Below, piece after piece: positions 1 to 9,483 of a stretch of DNA of 32,000 nucleotides; within the stretch, counting starts at the first letter, position 1; every line of letters begins with the position of its first letter. A program made the translations under genes and the position numbers. The stretch is from contig NC_020304.1 in NCBI RefSeq assembly GCF_000341395.1, forward strand, positions 1,830,001 through 1,862,000. The letters are read 5' to 3'. The notes under the pieces are model-generated. The model saw nothing but the letters and a program-made list of their open reading frames with translations. It ran no database searches and was not told the origin of the DNA. The stretch is from Desulfocapsa sulfexigens DSM 10523 (GTDB lineage: Bacteria; Desulfobacterota; Desulfobulbia; Desulfobulbales; Desulfocapsaceae).

Positions 1-1
1 T

Positions 2-1252
2 GATGCCGCGGTTATTCAGGTAAAAAGAGAACTTGCAAAGTTACAGGAATTTCTGGCAGAAATTGATAACGGCAAAATCAGAAATACTGCAGGAGAAACA
101 TTTACCAGTTTGATTCATGTGGGGATTGGTGGTTCTGATTTGGGCCCGCGATCAATCTATGAGGCCTTGAAGGCATATGGCCGAAAGGATCGAAAGGTGT
201 ATTTTGTCTCCAATGTTGACCCTGATGATTCCGCTGCAGTTCTTGACCGTGTTGATCTCTCAAAAACACTTGTTCTGGTGGTTTCAAAAAGTGGTTCGAC
301 TCTTGAAACCTTGTCGAATGAGAGTCTGGTGCGTAACGCCCTGAAAGAAGCAGGACTCGATCCGGCACGTCATTGCTTGGCGGTCACCGGAGAGTCAAGT
401 CCCATGGATAATCACGAGCGCTATCTTCGGTCTTTTTATATGTTTGATTATATAGGTGGACGATTCAGTTCCACCTCAATGGTTGGCGCGGTAACGCTCG
501 GTTTTGCACTCGGCTATAATCAGGTCTTGGAGTTTCTTAAGGGGGCCTGGTTGATGGATGAGGCAGCAGCAGAGAGAAATATCCGCGGCAATATACCCCT
601 GTTACTGGCCATGCTCGGGGTCTGGAATCACAACTTTCTTGCCATGGATACTGTGGCGATCCTACCATACAGCCAGGGCCTGCATCGTTTTCCTGCACAT
701 CTGCAACAGTGCGACATGGAGTCCAATGGGAAATCTGTTCAGCGTAACGGAGAGCCCGTGCGATACAAAAGCGGTCCCATTGTATGGGGAGAGCCAGGAA
801 CCAATGGCCAGCACGCCTTTTATCAGTTGCTTCATCAGGGGACCGAGAAGGTTGCCGTTGAGTTCATCGGCTTCAGGAAAAGTCAACGAAACAGAGATAT
901 GTGTATCCAGGGAAGTAATTCGCAGCAGAAACTCCTGGCCAATCTTCTGGCCCAGTCTCTTGCTCTGGCAGTCGGAAGGGAAGATGAAAATCCCAATAAA
1001 AACTTTGCGGGAAATCGTTCAAACGTGATACTCATGGGGGAGAGGCTGACTCCAAAAAGTATGGGAGCACTCCTTGCCCTCTATGAGGCGAAGATTGTTT
1101 TTCAAGGGTTCTGCTGGAACGTGAACTCCTTTGACCAGGAGGGGGTTCAACTCGGTAAGGTCCTTGCCGATGAAATACTTGGAGCCATGGCTGAAAAAAG
1201 AAATGGAAAAACCCTTGCAGAGGCCCTTCTGGCAGTGGCAGGAATAAGCTGA
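2..1252 (+). CDS. pgi: glucose-6-phosphate isomerase (5' end cut by window edge)
   Basis: Frame 2 is open from nt 2 (DAAVIQVKRELAKLQEFLAEIDNGKIRNTAGETFTSLIHVGIGGSDLGP...), so the Met at 110 in the ORF track is internal. PGI-family motifs are present: GIGGSDLGP, MESNGK, GTNGQHAFYQL. Confidence 0.9.
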   Translation, partial: DAAVIQVKRELAKLQEFLAEIDNGKIRNTAGETFTSLIHVGIGGSDLGPRSIYEALKAYGRKDRKVYFVSNVDPDDSAAVLDRVDLSKTLVLVVSKSGSTLETLSNESLVRNALKEAGLDPARHCLAVTGESSPMDNHERYLRSFYMFDYIGGRFSSTSMVGAVTLGFALGYNQVLEFLKGAWLMDEAAAERNIRGNIPLLLAMLGVWNHNFLAMDTVAILPYSQGLHRFPAHLQQCDMESNGKSVQRNGEPVRYKSGPIVWGEPGTNGQHAFYQLLHQGTEKVAVEFIGFRKSQRNRDMCIQGSNSQQKLLANLLAQSLALAVGREDENPNKNFAGNRSNVILMGERLTPKSMGALLALYEAKIVFQGFCWNVNSFDQEGVQLGKVLADEILGAMAEKRNGKTLAEALLAVAGIS

Positions 1253-1267
1253 CAGGGTGCTATTAGT

Positions 1268-1293
1268 AAAAACTGAATATTCATTCAGTTTTC
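1268..1293 (+). terminator. weak intrinsic terminator after pgi
   Basis: 7-bp stem ACTGAAT (1272-1278) / ATTCAGT (1283-1289), 4-nt loop, followed by TTTT. The stem is AT-rich and therefore weak. Confidence 0.4.
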
Positions 1294-1316
1294 CATCGCG
1301 GCAGTTCCGTTTTTTG

Positions 1317-1345
1317 TTGACAAAGGAGACGTTCAGAGATATTCT
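1317..1345 (+). promoter_or_regulatory. candidate sigma70-type promoter for dsrABD
   Basis: TTGACA (1317-1322), 17-nt spacer, TATTCT (1340-1345). This would give a ~180-nt 5' UTR before dsrA. It is a sequence match only. Confidence 0.35.
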
Positions 1346-1534
1346 CCCACGCTGAATGACTATTCAATAGTGTATGTTTCATAGTCTGCTGTTTCTATCA
1401 TTAGCGTTGGAAAAAAAAAAGGTAGCAGAGGGAAGTGGTTTTGTTCTCAGGCTGTCAGTTTTTGAAGCAACGCTTTTGATGTGTATATTCTGGTAAAGGT
1501 TGAAGTATAACAGTAATTTTAAGGAGGAAAATTC

Positions 1535-2815
1535 ATGGCAAAGCATGATACACCCCTGTTGGACGAGCTTGAAAAAGGCCCGTGGCCGAGCTTCGTTACC
1601 GACATTAAGCGCCAGGCAGAGAAGAACCCAGATTGTTGGGATATTCTCGGTCAGGTTGAACTGTCTTATAAGGATAAAATCACCCATTGGAAACACGGCG
1701 GAATCGTTGGTGTATTCGGATATGGTGGTGGTATCGTTGGTCGTTATTCTGACGTTCCTGCACAGTTTCCAGGTGTTGAGCACTTTCATACCGTTCGTGT
1801 GAATCAGCCAGCATCCAAGTACTACTCCACTGAGAACCTTCGTGCTCTTATGGCGCTCTGGGACAAGCATGGATCCGGTATGACCAATATGCACGGTTCC
1901 ACTGGTGATATCATCCTTCTTGGTTGTCGTACTGAAGCTCTTGAACCCTTCTTCTATGACCTGACCCACGAAATGGGACAGGATCTTGGTGGATCCGGAT
2001 CTAACCTTCGTACTCCTGCCAACTGTCTTGGACAGTCTCGCTGTGAATGGGCTTGCTACGATACAGAGGAAGCGTGTCATCATCTGACAATGCATTATCA
2101 GGATGAGATTCATCGTCCTGCCTTCCCTTATAAGTTCAAATTCAAATTCTCCGGCTGTGCCAACGATTGTGTTGCTGCTCTTGCCCGTTCTGATTTTGCT
2201 GTTATAGGAACCTGGAGAGACAATATCCGCATCGATCAGGCTGCAGTAAAAGAGTATATTGCCGGTAATATCGCTTCCAATGGTGGTGCTCATTCTGGTA
2301 AAGACTGGGGTGCGTTTGATATCCAGAAAGAAGTTATTAATCTCTGTCCCACCGAATGTATGTGGATGGAAGGCGATGAATTGAAAATCGATGATTCAGA
2401 GTGTACCCGTTGTATGCATTGTATCAACGTAATGCCTCGTGCACTGCGTCCTGGTGCAGAGCAAGGTGCCTCCATCTGTATGGGTGCCAAGGCTCCTATC
2501 CTTGATGGCGCTCAGTTTGCTACTCTGATTATTCCTTTTATTAAAGTTTCTGCTGACAACGAGTTCGAGAACGTTATCGAGATTATCGAAAATGTCTGGG
2601 ACTGGTGGATGGAAGTTGGTAAAAACCGTGAGCGTGTTGGTGAAACCATGCAGCGCGTTGGACTGCCTACCTTTATTAAGGTAATGGGTCTTGATCCGAT
2701 TCCACAGCATGTTAAAGAGCCCCGTTCTAACCCATATGTTTTCTGGGATGAAGAGGAAGTTGAGGGTGGTTTTGAGCGCGACGTTGATGAGTTCCGTGCA
2801 CGTCACGCGGCGTAA
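1535..2815 (+). CDS. dsrA: dissimilatory sulfite reductase alpha subunit
   Basis: 426-aa ORF with AGGAGG (1522-1527) 7 nt upstream of the ATG. It shows N-terminal DsrA hallmarks (TPLLDELEKGPWPSFV), a siroheme/[4Fe-4S] Cys cluster and a ferredoxin-like insert (CTRCMHCIN). It is followed directly by dsrB and dsrD. Confidence 0.95.
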   Translation: MAKHDTPLLDELEKGPWPSFVTDIKRQAEKNPDCWDILGQVELSYKDKITHWKHGGIVGVFGYGGGIVGRYSDVPAQFPGVEHFHTVRVNQPASKYYSTENLRALMALWDKHGSGMTNMHGSTGDIILLGCRTEALEPFFYDLTHEMGQDLGGSGSNLRTPANCLGQSRCEWACYDTEEACHHLTMHYQDEIHRPAFPYKFKFKFSGCANDCVAALARSDFAVIGTWRDNIRIDQAAVKEYIAGNIASNGGAHSGKDWGAFDIQKEVINLCPTECMWMEGDELKIDDSECTRCMHCINVMPRALRPGAEQGASICMGAKAPILDGAQFATLIIPFIKVSADNEFENVIEIIENVWDWWMEVGKNRERVGETMQRVGLPTFIKVMGLDPIPQHVKEPRSNPYVFWDEEEVEGGFERDVDEFRARHAA

Positions 2816-2871
2816 ATAAAATAAATCGAGCTGTTCTTTGGCTCGGGTACCTATTCTAGGAGGGTATAAAT

Positions 2872-3999
2872 ATGGGTTACGATCCCGCAAATCCCATGGC
2901 GGACAGGATTACAGACATTGGTCCCCCACATTATTCAAAGTTTCATCCCCCAGTTGTTGCTAAAAACAAGGGGAAATGGCTCTGGCATGAGATCACCCAG
3001 CCGGGTGTTCTCGTTCATAAAGCTGAGTCAGGAGATGAGTGTTGGACCGTGCGTGTTGGTGCTGCCCGTCTTATTTCAACAGAACTGATTTATGAGATGT
3101 GTGATATCGCAGATGCACATTGTGACGGTTTCCTTCGCTTCACCACCAGAAATAACGTTGAGTTCATGGTTGATGACAAAGCAAAGGTTCAGCCTCTTCT
3201 TGACGATCTTGCTTCACGTGGTAATAAGTTCCCAGTAGGTGGAACCGGAGCCGGTGTAACCAATATCGTTCATACTCAGGGTTGGGTACATTGTCACACT
3301 CCTGCAACTGACGCTTCCGGTGTTGTTAAAGCGGTAATGGATGAGCTGTTTGATTACTTCACTTCCATGAAACTTCCTGCACAGGTTCGTATTGCGCTTG
3401 CCTGTTGTCTGAACATGTGTGGAGCTGTACATGCTTCCGATATCGCCATTCTTGGTGTACATCGTAAGCCACCCATGATCGATCACAGTCGTATCACCGG
3501 TGTGTGTGAGCTTCCACTTGCTATCTCCGCGTGTCCTCTCGGAGCCGTTAAACCTGCCAAAGCAACGGTAGATGGTAAAGAGATCAAAACTGTTAAGGTT
3601 AACAACGAACGTTGTATGTTCTGTGGTAACTGTTACACCATGTGTCCTGCAATGCCTCTTGCTGATCCTGATGGTGACGGCATTGCAATCCTTGTTGGTG
3701 GAAAAGTTTCCAATGCCAGGTCGGCCCCTAAATTCTCCAAACTGGTTATTCCATTCCTGCCAAACACTCCGCCACGCTGGCCGGAGACCGTTGCTGCAGT
3801 GAAGAATATCCTGGAGACTTATGCGGGAGACGCAAAAAAATACGAGCGTATCGGTGAGTGGGCCGAGCGTATCGGTTGGGAGAAGTTCTTTGAAAAATGC
3901 AACATCCCATTCACTATCAAGTCTGTCGATGATTATCGTCTGGCTTATGATACCTGGCGTACAACTACTCAGTTTAAGTACACCAACGCTATCAAGTAA
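2872..3999 (+). CDS. dsrB: dissimilatory sulfite reductase beta subunit
   Basis: 375-aa ORF with AGGAGG (2858-2863) upstream. DsrB-type Cys motifs are present ([31 protein letters not shown]). It has the canonical position after dsrA. Confidence 0.95.
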   Translation: MGYDPANPMADRITDIGPPHYSKFHPPVVAKNKGKWLWHEITQPGVLVHKAESGDECWTVRVGAARLISTELIYEMCDIADAHCDGFLRFTTRNNVEFMVDDKAKVQPLLDDLASRGNKFPVGGTGAGVTNIVHTQGWVHCHTPATDASGVVKAVMDELFDYFTSMKLPAQVRIALACCLNMCGAVHASDIAILGVHRKPPMIDHSRITGVCELPLAISACPLGAVKPAKATVDGKEIKTVKVNNERCMFCGNCYTMCPAMPLADPDGDGIAILVGGKVSNARSAPKFSKLVIPFLPNTPPRWPETVAAVKNILETYAGDAKKYERIGEWAERIGWEKFFEKCNIPFTIKSVDDYRLAYDTWRTTTQFKYTNAIK

Positions 4000-4013
4000 T
4001 TGACCTTATAGCT

Positions 4014-4048
4014 GCAGTCGGAAACTTCTGTCTCCGACTGCACTTTTT
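4014..4048 (+). terminator. intra-operon hairpin / partial terminator between dsrB and dsrD
   Basis: 9-bp GC-containing stem GCAGTCGGA (4014-4022) / TCCGACTGC (4033-4041), 10-nt loop, then ACTTTTTGG. Confidence 0.5.
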
Positions 4049-4086
4049 GGTCGCTTGCCTGAAACACTTTTATAGGAGTATGTGTT

Positions 4087-4332
4087 ATGGGAATGAGTGA
4101 CGAAGAAATCAAAGCAGCTATGATTGAAAAGGCTATTAAAGCCCCTAAACCACAGTTGTATGTTAAAGATTTTTATAAGTGTGATCCTGAAGCAAAACCA
4201 CGTGTAATCAAGAATTTGGCAAATCAGTTGGTTAAAGAGGGAGAACTGATGTTCTGGTCCTCCGGTTCCACCACCATGTATGCCCGTCCTGATCGTATCA
4301 AAAATGAAGAGGGAGATGAGGGTGTAAACTAA
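4087..4332 (+). CDS. dsrD: DsrD (small winged-helix protein of reductive dsr operons)
   Basis: 81-aa ORF with AGGAG at 4074-4078. It carries the typical DsrD C-terminal block (LMFWSSGSTTMYA) and sits immediately after dsrAB. Confidence 0.9.
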   Translation: MGMSDEEIKAAMIEKAIKAPKPQLYVKDFYKCDPEAKPRVIKNLANQLVKEGELMFWSSGSTTMYARPDRIKNEEGDEGVN

Positions 4333-4361
4333 ACCTTTGTTTTTCACCGTTTTTTTTGAGG

Positions 4362-4399
4362 AAAGGTACATAACTCTCTTGAGTTATGTACCTTTTTTT
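4362..4399 (+). terminator. strong rho-independent terminator of the dsr operon
   Basis: Perfect 12-bp stem GGTACATAACTC (4365-4376) / GAGTTATGTACC (4381-4392), TCTT loop, then a T7 run (4393-4399). Confidence 0.85.
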
Positions 4400-4403
4400 A
4401 TTT

Positions 4404-5150
4404 ATGGATAATCTGCTTCGTGTTTCAAGTACTCTTTCCACAAATGATGATGCTTATCAGCTGGCTCAGGATGGGGCTGAACATGGTTTCGGCGTTCTTG
4501 CTGAAACACAGCTGGGCGGGAAAGGACGATTGGGAAAAACATGGGCCTCTCCAGCGCGGAGTGGTCTGTATTGTTCAATAATCCTTCGACCACAATTAGC
4601 TTTTTCAGAATTCCCTAAACTTACACTGACAGCAGGCCTGGCGCTTTGCTCAGCCGTTGAGGTATTGCTCCCAGATGTTGCTTTTGGGCTGAAATGGCCC
4701 AATGATTTGTTCAGTGGAGGACAAAAATGTGGAGGAATTCTGGTCGAATCTTCTTCAAACGTTACAAATGACGATCCTTTTGTGGTTGTTGGCATAGGGT
4801 TGAATGTCAATACAACGCCAGATATGTTTCCGTATGAAATTAAACAAAAAGCAACCTCTCTGCATATATTATCCGGCCAGGTTTTTAATCTAGCTCATCT
4901 TTATAACTCCATCCACGATGAACTGCTTACTCGCGTCAATATTCACGAGAAACAAGGGTTTGAAATTATTTTGGGAGAATGGCGTCGAAGGGACATCCTT
5001 TTTGGAAAGGAGATGCAATGGGTAACGCGTGAAAAAAAAATCATTACAGCATGTGGTATGGGGCCAAATGAAAATGGAGAACTGCTGGCAAAAGACAGGA
5101 ATGGGAGGATTTATGAAATTCTATCCGGGGACGTCAAATTGGCTGAATAA
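4404..5150 (+). CDS. birA: biotin--[acetyl-CoA-carboxylase] ligase (group I, no N-terminal HTH)
   Basis: BirA signature GGKGRLGKTWASP (GxGRxGRxW) and the KWPND block are present. The ORF-track start at 4386 lies inside the terminator 3' arm. The next in-frame ATG at 4404 is taken as the start, but it has no obvious SD. Confidence 0.8.
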   Translation: MDNLLRVSSTLSTNDDAYQLAQDGAEHGFGVLAETQLGGKGRLGKTWASPARSGLYCSIILRPQLAFSEFPKLTLTAGLALCSAVEVLLPDVAFGLKWPNDLFSGGQKCGGILVESSSNVTNDDPFVVVGIGLNVNTTPDMFPYEIKQKATSLHILSGQVFNLAHLYNSIHDELLTRVNIHEKQGFEIILGEWRRRDILFGKEMQWVTREKKIITACGMGPNENGELLAKDRNGRIYEILSGDVKLAE

Positions 5151-5171
5151 GGAAAGCAACGTAAGGCAACA

Positions 5172-5218
5172 AACTGAAAGAAAGGCAACCATGGAAGAAG
5201 TAGTATCCTCCATGGTTG
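5172..5218 (-). terminator. candidate terminator after ahcY (between convergent birA and ahcY)
   Basis: 10-bp stem CAACCATGGA (5186-5195) / TCCATGGTTG (5209-5218) with a 13-nt loop. On the minus strand it is followed by the T-rich CCTTTCTTTCAGTTT. There is no T-run on the plus strand. Confidence 0.5.
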
Positions 5219-5252
5219 GGTACTTTAGGCGTACTGGCTGTTTACTACGGTA

Positions 5253-6539
5253 TTAGTATCTGTAGTACTCAGGTTTGTATGGACCTTCAACGGGCACACC
5301 GATATAATCAGCCTGTTCTTTGCTCATTGTAGTGAGGTGGACACCAATCTTTTCAAGATGGAGTCTAGCGACTTTCTCATCTAGATATTTTGGCAGAAAA
5401 TACACTTTATTTTCATACTTTTCAGAATGGTTCCATAGCTCGATCTGAGCAAGTACCTGGTTAGTAAAAGAGTTACTCATAACGAAACTTGGGTGACCGG
5501 TGGCACATCCAAGGTTGACCAATCGGCCTTCAGCAAGAACAATAATTTTCTTTCCATCGGGGAAAATCACATGATCAACCTGCGGCTTGATGTTTTCCCA
5601 GGGAAGATCTCTAATACCAGCAATATCAATTTCAGAGTCAAAATGACCGATATTACAAACTATGGCCTCATTTGGCATCCGCTCCATATGAGCACGCGTA
5701 ATCACATTAAGGTTTCCGGTACAGGTAACATATATATCACCAACTGAGGAAATCTCGTCCATCGTGACAACCTGATAGCCCTCCATGGCAGCCTGCAGGG
5801 CACAGATTGGGTCAACTTCAGTAACATATACGGTTGCTCCCATCCCACGAAGGGCCTGGGCGCAGCCCTTACCAACATCTCCGTATCCTACGACAACTGC
5901 TTTTTTACCTGCTATCATCACATCGGTAGCACGTTTGATTCCATCAAGCAGTGATTCGCGGCAACCGTATAAATTGTCAAATTTAGATTTTGTAACGGAA
6001 TCATTGACATTAAAGGATGGACACATAAGTTTCCCGTCCCTTGCCATTTCATTGAGTCGATGAACTCCGGTGGTGGTTTCCTCAGAAATACCTTTCACGT
6101 TTTTCATATCATCTTTGTACTTATCGTGCATGATAAGGGTGAGGTCGCCGCCATCGTCAAGAATCATGTTTGGACGCCAGCCATCGGGGCCGAAAATGGT
6201 TTGATCAATACACCACCAGAACTCTTCTTCACTTTCTCCCTTCCAGGCAAAAGTAGGAATACCTGCGTCAGCCATGGCAGCAGCAGCATGATCTTGAGTT
6301 GAAAAAATATTGCATGAGGACCAGCGAATCTCAGCCCCAAGGTCGATAAGTGTTTCCATCAGTACGGCTGTTTGAATGGTCATATGGAGACATCCAGCAA
6401 TCCTGGCACCTTTTAAAGGCTGGGCGTCGTGGTATTCGGATCGCAAAGCCATTAATCCAGGCATTTCAATTTCAGCTATTTTTATTTCTTCACGTCCCCA
6501 TTTGGCCAGGGACATATCAGCTACTTTATAATCACTCAT
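5253..6539 (-). CDS. ahcY: adenosylhomocysteinase (S-adenosyl-L-homocysteine hydrolase)
   Basis: 428-aa ORF with full-length AhcY hallmarks: [27 protein letters not shown], NAD-binding [10 protein letters not shown], and C-terminal KPxxYRY. Confidence 0.95.
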   Translation of the reverse strand: MSDYKVADMSLAKWGREEIKIAEIEMPGLMALRSEYHDAQPLKGARIAGCLHMTIQTAVLMETLIDLGAEIRWSSCNIFSTQDHAAAAMADAGIPTFAWKGESEEEFWWCIDQTIFGPDGWRPNMILDDGGDLTLIMHDKYKDDMKNVKGISEETTTGVHRLNEMARDGKLMCPSFNVNDSVTKSKFDNLYGCRESLLDGIKRATDVMIAGKKAVVVGYGDVGKGCAQALRGMGATVYVTEVDPICALQAAMEGYQVVTMDEISSVGDIYVTCTGNLNVITRAHMERMPNEAIVCNIGHFDSEIDIAGIRDLPWENIKPQVDHVIFPDGKKIIVLAEGRLVNLGCATGHPSFVMSNSFTNQVLAQIELWNHSEKYENKVYFLPKYLDEKVARLHLEKIGVHLTTMSKEQADYIGVPVEGPYKPEYYRY

Positions 6540-6586
6540 CAGCTATTGTTTCCTTATTAATTAAGTTTGATAAAAACCAGTGTGAA

Positions 6587-7750
6587 CTAAATGCCAGCAT
6601 CACTTTTCAGGATTTCCGCCTTATCGGTGCGTTCCCATGTGAAAGTGTCAAGTTCACGGCCAAAGTGGCCATAAGCAGCGGTTGCCTGGTATATGGGACG
6701 CAAAAGTTTAAGTTGCTGGACGATTGCTTTAGGTCGGAGGTCGAAGTGACGGCCAATTAAGGCGATTATAGCATCATCATCAATTTTCCCTGTGCCAAAG
6801 CTGTTGACGTTGATTGATACAGGTTGTGAAATACCTATGGCATAGGCAATCTGAACTTCGAGTTCAGAGGCTATCCCGGCGGCGACAATATTTTTAGCTA
6901 CATACCGTCCCATATAGGCAGAAGATCTGTCAACTTTTGAGGGATCTTTTCCTGAAAAAGCACCGCCACCATGGGAGCCTTTACCACCATAAGTATCAAC
7001 AATGATTTTTCTCCCTGTAAGGCCACAATCACCGACGGGGCCACCAATTACAAAACGTCCCGTTGGGTTAATAAAGTATTTGGTGTTTTCATCTACCATG
7101 TCGGGGGGCAGAGTGGGTTTGATAATCAACTCCATTACTCCTTCCTGAAGATCCTTGTGGCTGACGGATTCATCGTGTTGAGTGGAAAGAACAATGGCCT
7201 CTATTCGTTTAGGTTTGCTGTTTTCATATTCAATGGTAACCTGGCTTTTTGCATCGGGACGAAGCCAGGAGAGTTTTCCAGCTTTGCGGATATCTGCCTG
7301 ACATTTAACAAGTCTATGGGCATAGGTAATAGGCATGGGCATGAGAACCCTGGTTTCATCACAGGCGTAACCGAACATCAGTCCCTGATCACCAGCTCCC
7401 TGGTCAAGATCCATGCCACTGCCTTCGTTGACACCCATTGCAATGTCGGTAGACTGTTTGTCAATGGAAGTAAGTACGGCGCATGACTGGCCGTCAAAAC
7501 CCATGTCTGAAGAGTTATACCCGATTGCGCGGATGGTCTGCCTTACAACTTCTGGCATATCTACCCAGGCACTGGTCGTAATTTCACCGGCTATAATGGC
7601 CATGCCAGTTGTGACCATTGTTTCACAGGCAACACGACCAGCGGGGTCTAGCTTAAGTATGGCATCAAGAATTGCATCGGATATCTGATCGGCAACTTTA
7701 TCTGGGTGTCCTTCTGAAACAGATTCAGAGGTAAACATGTGATTGGACAT
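6587..7750 (-). CDS. metK: methionine adenosyltransferase (SAM synthetase)
   Basis: 387-aa ORF with MetK motifs [25 protein letters not shown] and [16 protein letters not shown]. It lies 47 nt upstream of ahcY on the same strand. Confidence 0.95.
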   Translation of the reverse strand: MSNHMFTSESVSEGHPDKVADQISDAILDAILKLDPAGRVACETMVTTGMAIIAGEITTSAWVDMPEVVRQTIRAIGYNSSDMGFDGQSCAVLTSIDKQSTDIAMGVNEGSGMDLDQGAGDQGLMFGYACDETRVLMPMPITYAHRLVKCQADIRKAGKLSWLRPDAKSQVTIEYENSKPKRIEAIVLSTQHDESVSHKDLQEGVMELIIKPTLPPDMVDENTKYFINPTGRFVIGGPVGDCGLTGRKIIVDTYGGKGSHGGGAFSGKDPSKVDRSSAYMGRYVAKNIVAAGIASELEVQIAYAIGISQPVSINVNSFGTGKIDDDAIIALIGRHFDLRPKAIVQQLKLLRPIYQATAAYGHFGRELDTFTWERTDKAEILKSDAGI

Positions 7751-7847
7751 TGAGGTCTCCGCTAAGGTTTACTATTGTAGAGCTGCAAAAAAAATAGATT
7801 TGTAACTATTTAGTATTCAATTTAGATGATGTAAATATTAACCGAAC

Positions 7848-7876
7848 ACTATGACGCTGATACCCTATGTTGTCAA
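7848..7876 (-). promoter_or_regulatory. candidate sigma70-type promoter for metK-ahcY
   Basis: On the minus strand: TTGACA (7876-7871), 17-nt spacer, CATAGT (7853-7848). The leader would be ~95 nt and AT-rich. Confidence 0.35.
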
Positions 7877-8016
7877 GGCATAAGGCGGTGTTTGTTTTTA
7901 ATTTTATGGAAAGTGCGATTGCTGTTTTAGTAACAGTGATTACTTTTGAAAAAGTTTTCTGCTAAAGCAAAGTTTTACAAACAACCCAATTAATTTTTCC
8001 AGGAGAATGGATAACA

Positions 8017-8988
8017 ATGTCTATAGAGGAAGCAAGAGAAGTTCTTGCCATTGAAGAGCAGGGTCTTGCTGCTGTCAGAGAAGGTATTGGAGAGGAATTT
8101 AATCAGGCCGTGGAACGTATTCTTGAATGTCCAAGCAGGGTTGTCATTACCGGGATAGGAAAATCAGGAATTATCGGTCAGAAAATATCTGCCACCCTTA
8201 ACTCCACCGGTACACCTTCATTCTTTCTCCATCCGGTTGAAGCTATGCACGGTGATCTGGGAATGGTTGCCGCATCTGATGTTGTGATCGCTATATCCTA
8301 TTCTGGTGAAACTACAGAGCTTAATGCACTCCTGGTGAGTCTGAAAAAACGAGGTACTTCAATTATTGCAATGACAGGTGGCAGGGAATCTACTCTTGCC
8401 AGGGCAAGTGATATTGTACTTGATATTCAGATTCCAATGGAAGCCTGTCCCCTTGGTCTGGCGCCAACGGCAAGTACGACAGCAACTCTTGCTATGGGAG
8501 ATGCCTTAGCCGTTGTTTTATTGAGACGTAATCGTTTTAAAGCTGAGGATTTTCGTGAGAATCATCCCGGAGGAAGTCTTGGTGAGCGTTTGAAGGTGAG
8601 TGTCAGTAAAGTTATGTTGAAAGGAGAGGCTGTTCCGAGTGTATTGTCGGGGGTAACCGTCGCTGAGTCTGTTATTGTGCTGAATCGTGAAAATCTGGGT
8701 GCTGTTTTAATTATAGATGAAAAACTAAAAGTCCTTGGTATCATAACAGATGGAGATGTAAGGCGTGCTGTTGCCGAGGGGGTTGATCTTAAAAATGTCA
8801 GGGTCGGCAAACTCATGACTGCAAGTCCAATCACCATTAGGGAAAAGATGCAGGCGGTTGATGCTTTGAGTATTATGCAGCAGCATGAGATAACTATCCT
8901 GCCGATTGTTGGAGATCAAGGTGAGATGATCGGCATCCTGCATCTTCATGACTTGCTGGGAAAGGGCGAGTTCAGGTTTTTGGTTTAA
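8017..8988 (+). CDS. kdsD: KpsF/GutQ-family arabinose-5-phosphate isomerase (SIS + tandem CBS domains)
   Basis: SIS motif VVITGIGKSG, the HPGGSLG linker and two C-terminal CBS repeats are present. AGGAG lies at 8001-8005. Confidence 0.9.
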   Translation: MSIEEAREVLAIEEQGLAAVREGIGEEFNQAVERILECPSRVVITGIGKSGIIGQKISATLNSTGTPSFFLHPVEAMHGDLGMVAASDVVIAISYSGETTELNALLVSLKKRGTSIIAMTGGRESTLARASDIVLDIQIPMEACPLGLAPTASTTATLAMGDALAVVLLRRNRFKAEDFRENHPGGSLGERLKVSVSKVMLKGEAVPSVLSGVTVAESVIVLNRENLGAVLIIDEKLKVLGIITDGDVRRAVAEGVDLKNVRVGKLMTASPITIREKMQAVDALSIMQQHEITILPIVGDQGEMIGILHLHDLLGKGEFRFLV

Positions 8989-8999
8989 GGAGAAAATAC

Positions 9000-9197
9000 A
9001 TGTGTCAGATGAGCGTATTGGTGAAAGGGCCTGAGAAGGAAGAGCTCGTAATGGAAAGTGTCACAAGATTAGAGGTAAGGGATGGTGGCGTCGAGGTGAG
9101 TACTTTTTTTGAAGAGCCGAGATTTGTATCTGATGTAGAAGTACAGACCATCGATTTTCTGGGTGGAAAAGTGTTACTGAAACAAACTGCAAAATAA
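9000..9197 (+). CDS. CooT-family small nickel-binding protein
   Basis: 65-aa ORF beginning MC (the Cys2 typical of CooT). Its length and beta-rich pattern (VxxLEVxxxGVxVxxFFEEP...V) match the CooT family. AAGGAG lies 7 nt upstream of the ATG. Confidence 0.65.
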   Translation: MCQMSVLVKGPEKEELVMESVTRLEVRDGGVEVSTFFEEPRFVSDVEVQTIDFLGGKVLLKQTAK

Positions 9198-9210
9198 TAA
9201 GGAGGACTTT

Positions 9211-9453
9211 GTGGATCAGTTAGAAAAAATACGAGTGTTGCTGCCTCACTGGATTGAGCATAATAAGGGGCACGCTGAAGAGTGCCGTAAATGGGCTGCT
9301 CAAGCTGAAGATAAAGATGTGAATTTACATCTGAATGCAGCTCTTACAGCTATGGAAGTTGTGACAAATCATCTGGAGAGAGCACTTGCTGCAGCAGGTG
9401 GAGCGAAAACGGATGATCATCATGACCACCATCATCATCACCACAAGCATTAA
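9211..9453 (+). CDS. small helical protein with poly-His tail (putative metal-binding/metallochaperone-like)
   Basis: 80-aa ORF with a GTG start preceded by AAGGAGG. The C-terminus is DDHHDHHHHHHKH (nt ~9414-9450). It lies 13 nt after the CooT-like gene. Confidence 0.6.
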   Translation: MDQLEKIRVLLPHWIEHNKGHAEECRKWAAQAEDKDVNLHLNAALTAMEVVTNHLERALAAAGGAKTDDHHDHHHHHHKH

Positions 9454-9483
9454 TGGCGGTAACCGGGGGGAGGTCTAAGTGTA

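Noticed and set aside
1379-2293. 304-aa minus-strand ORF antisense to dsrA. Similar long antisense ORFs lie at 2396-2890 and 4006-4371.
   Set aside because: It lies entirely inside or overlapping the strongly supported dsrA/dsrB/dsrD frames. The composition is low-complexity with no recognisable motifs and no SD. These are typical shadow ORFs.
7751-7876. SAM or SAH riboswitch in the metK leader or the metK-ahcY spacer (6540-6586).
   Set aside because: The leader is only ~95 nt and very AT-rich. I could not find SAM-I, SAM-II/V or SAH consensus blocks. The 47-nt metK-ahcY spacer is too short. A covariance-model scan would settle it.
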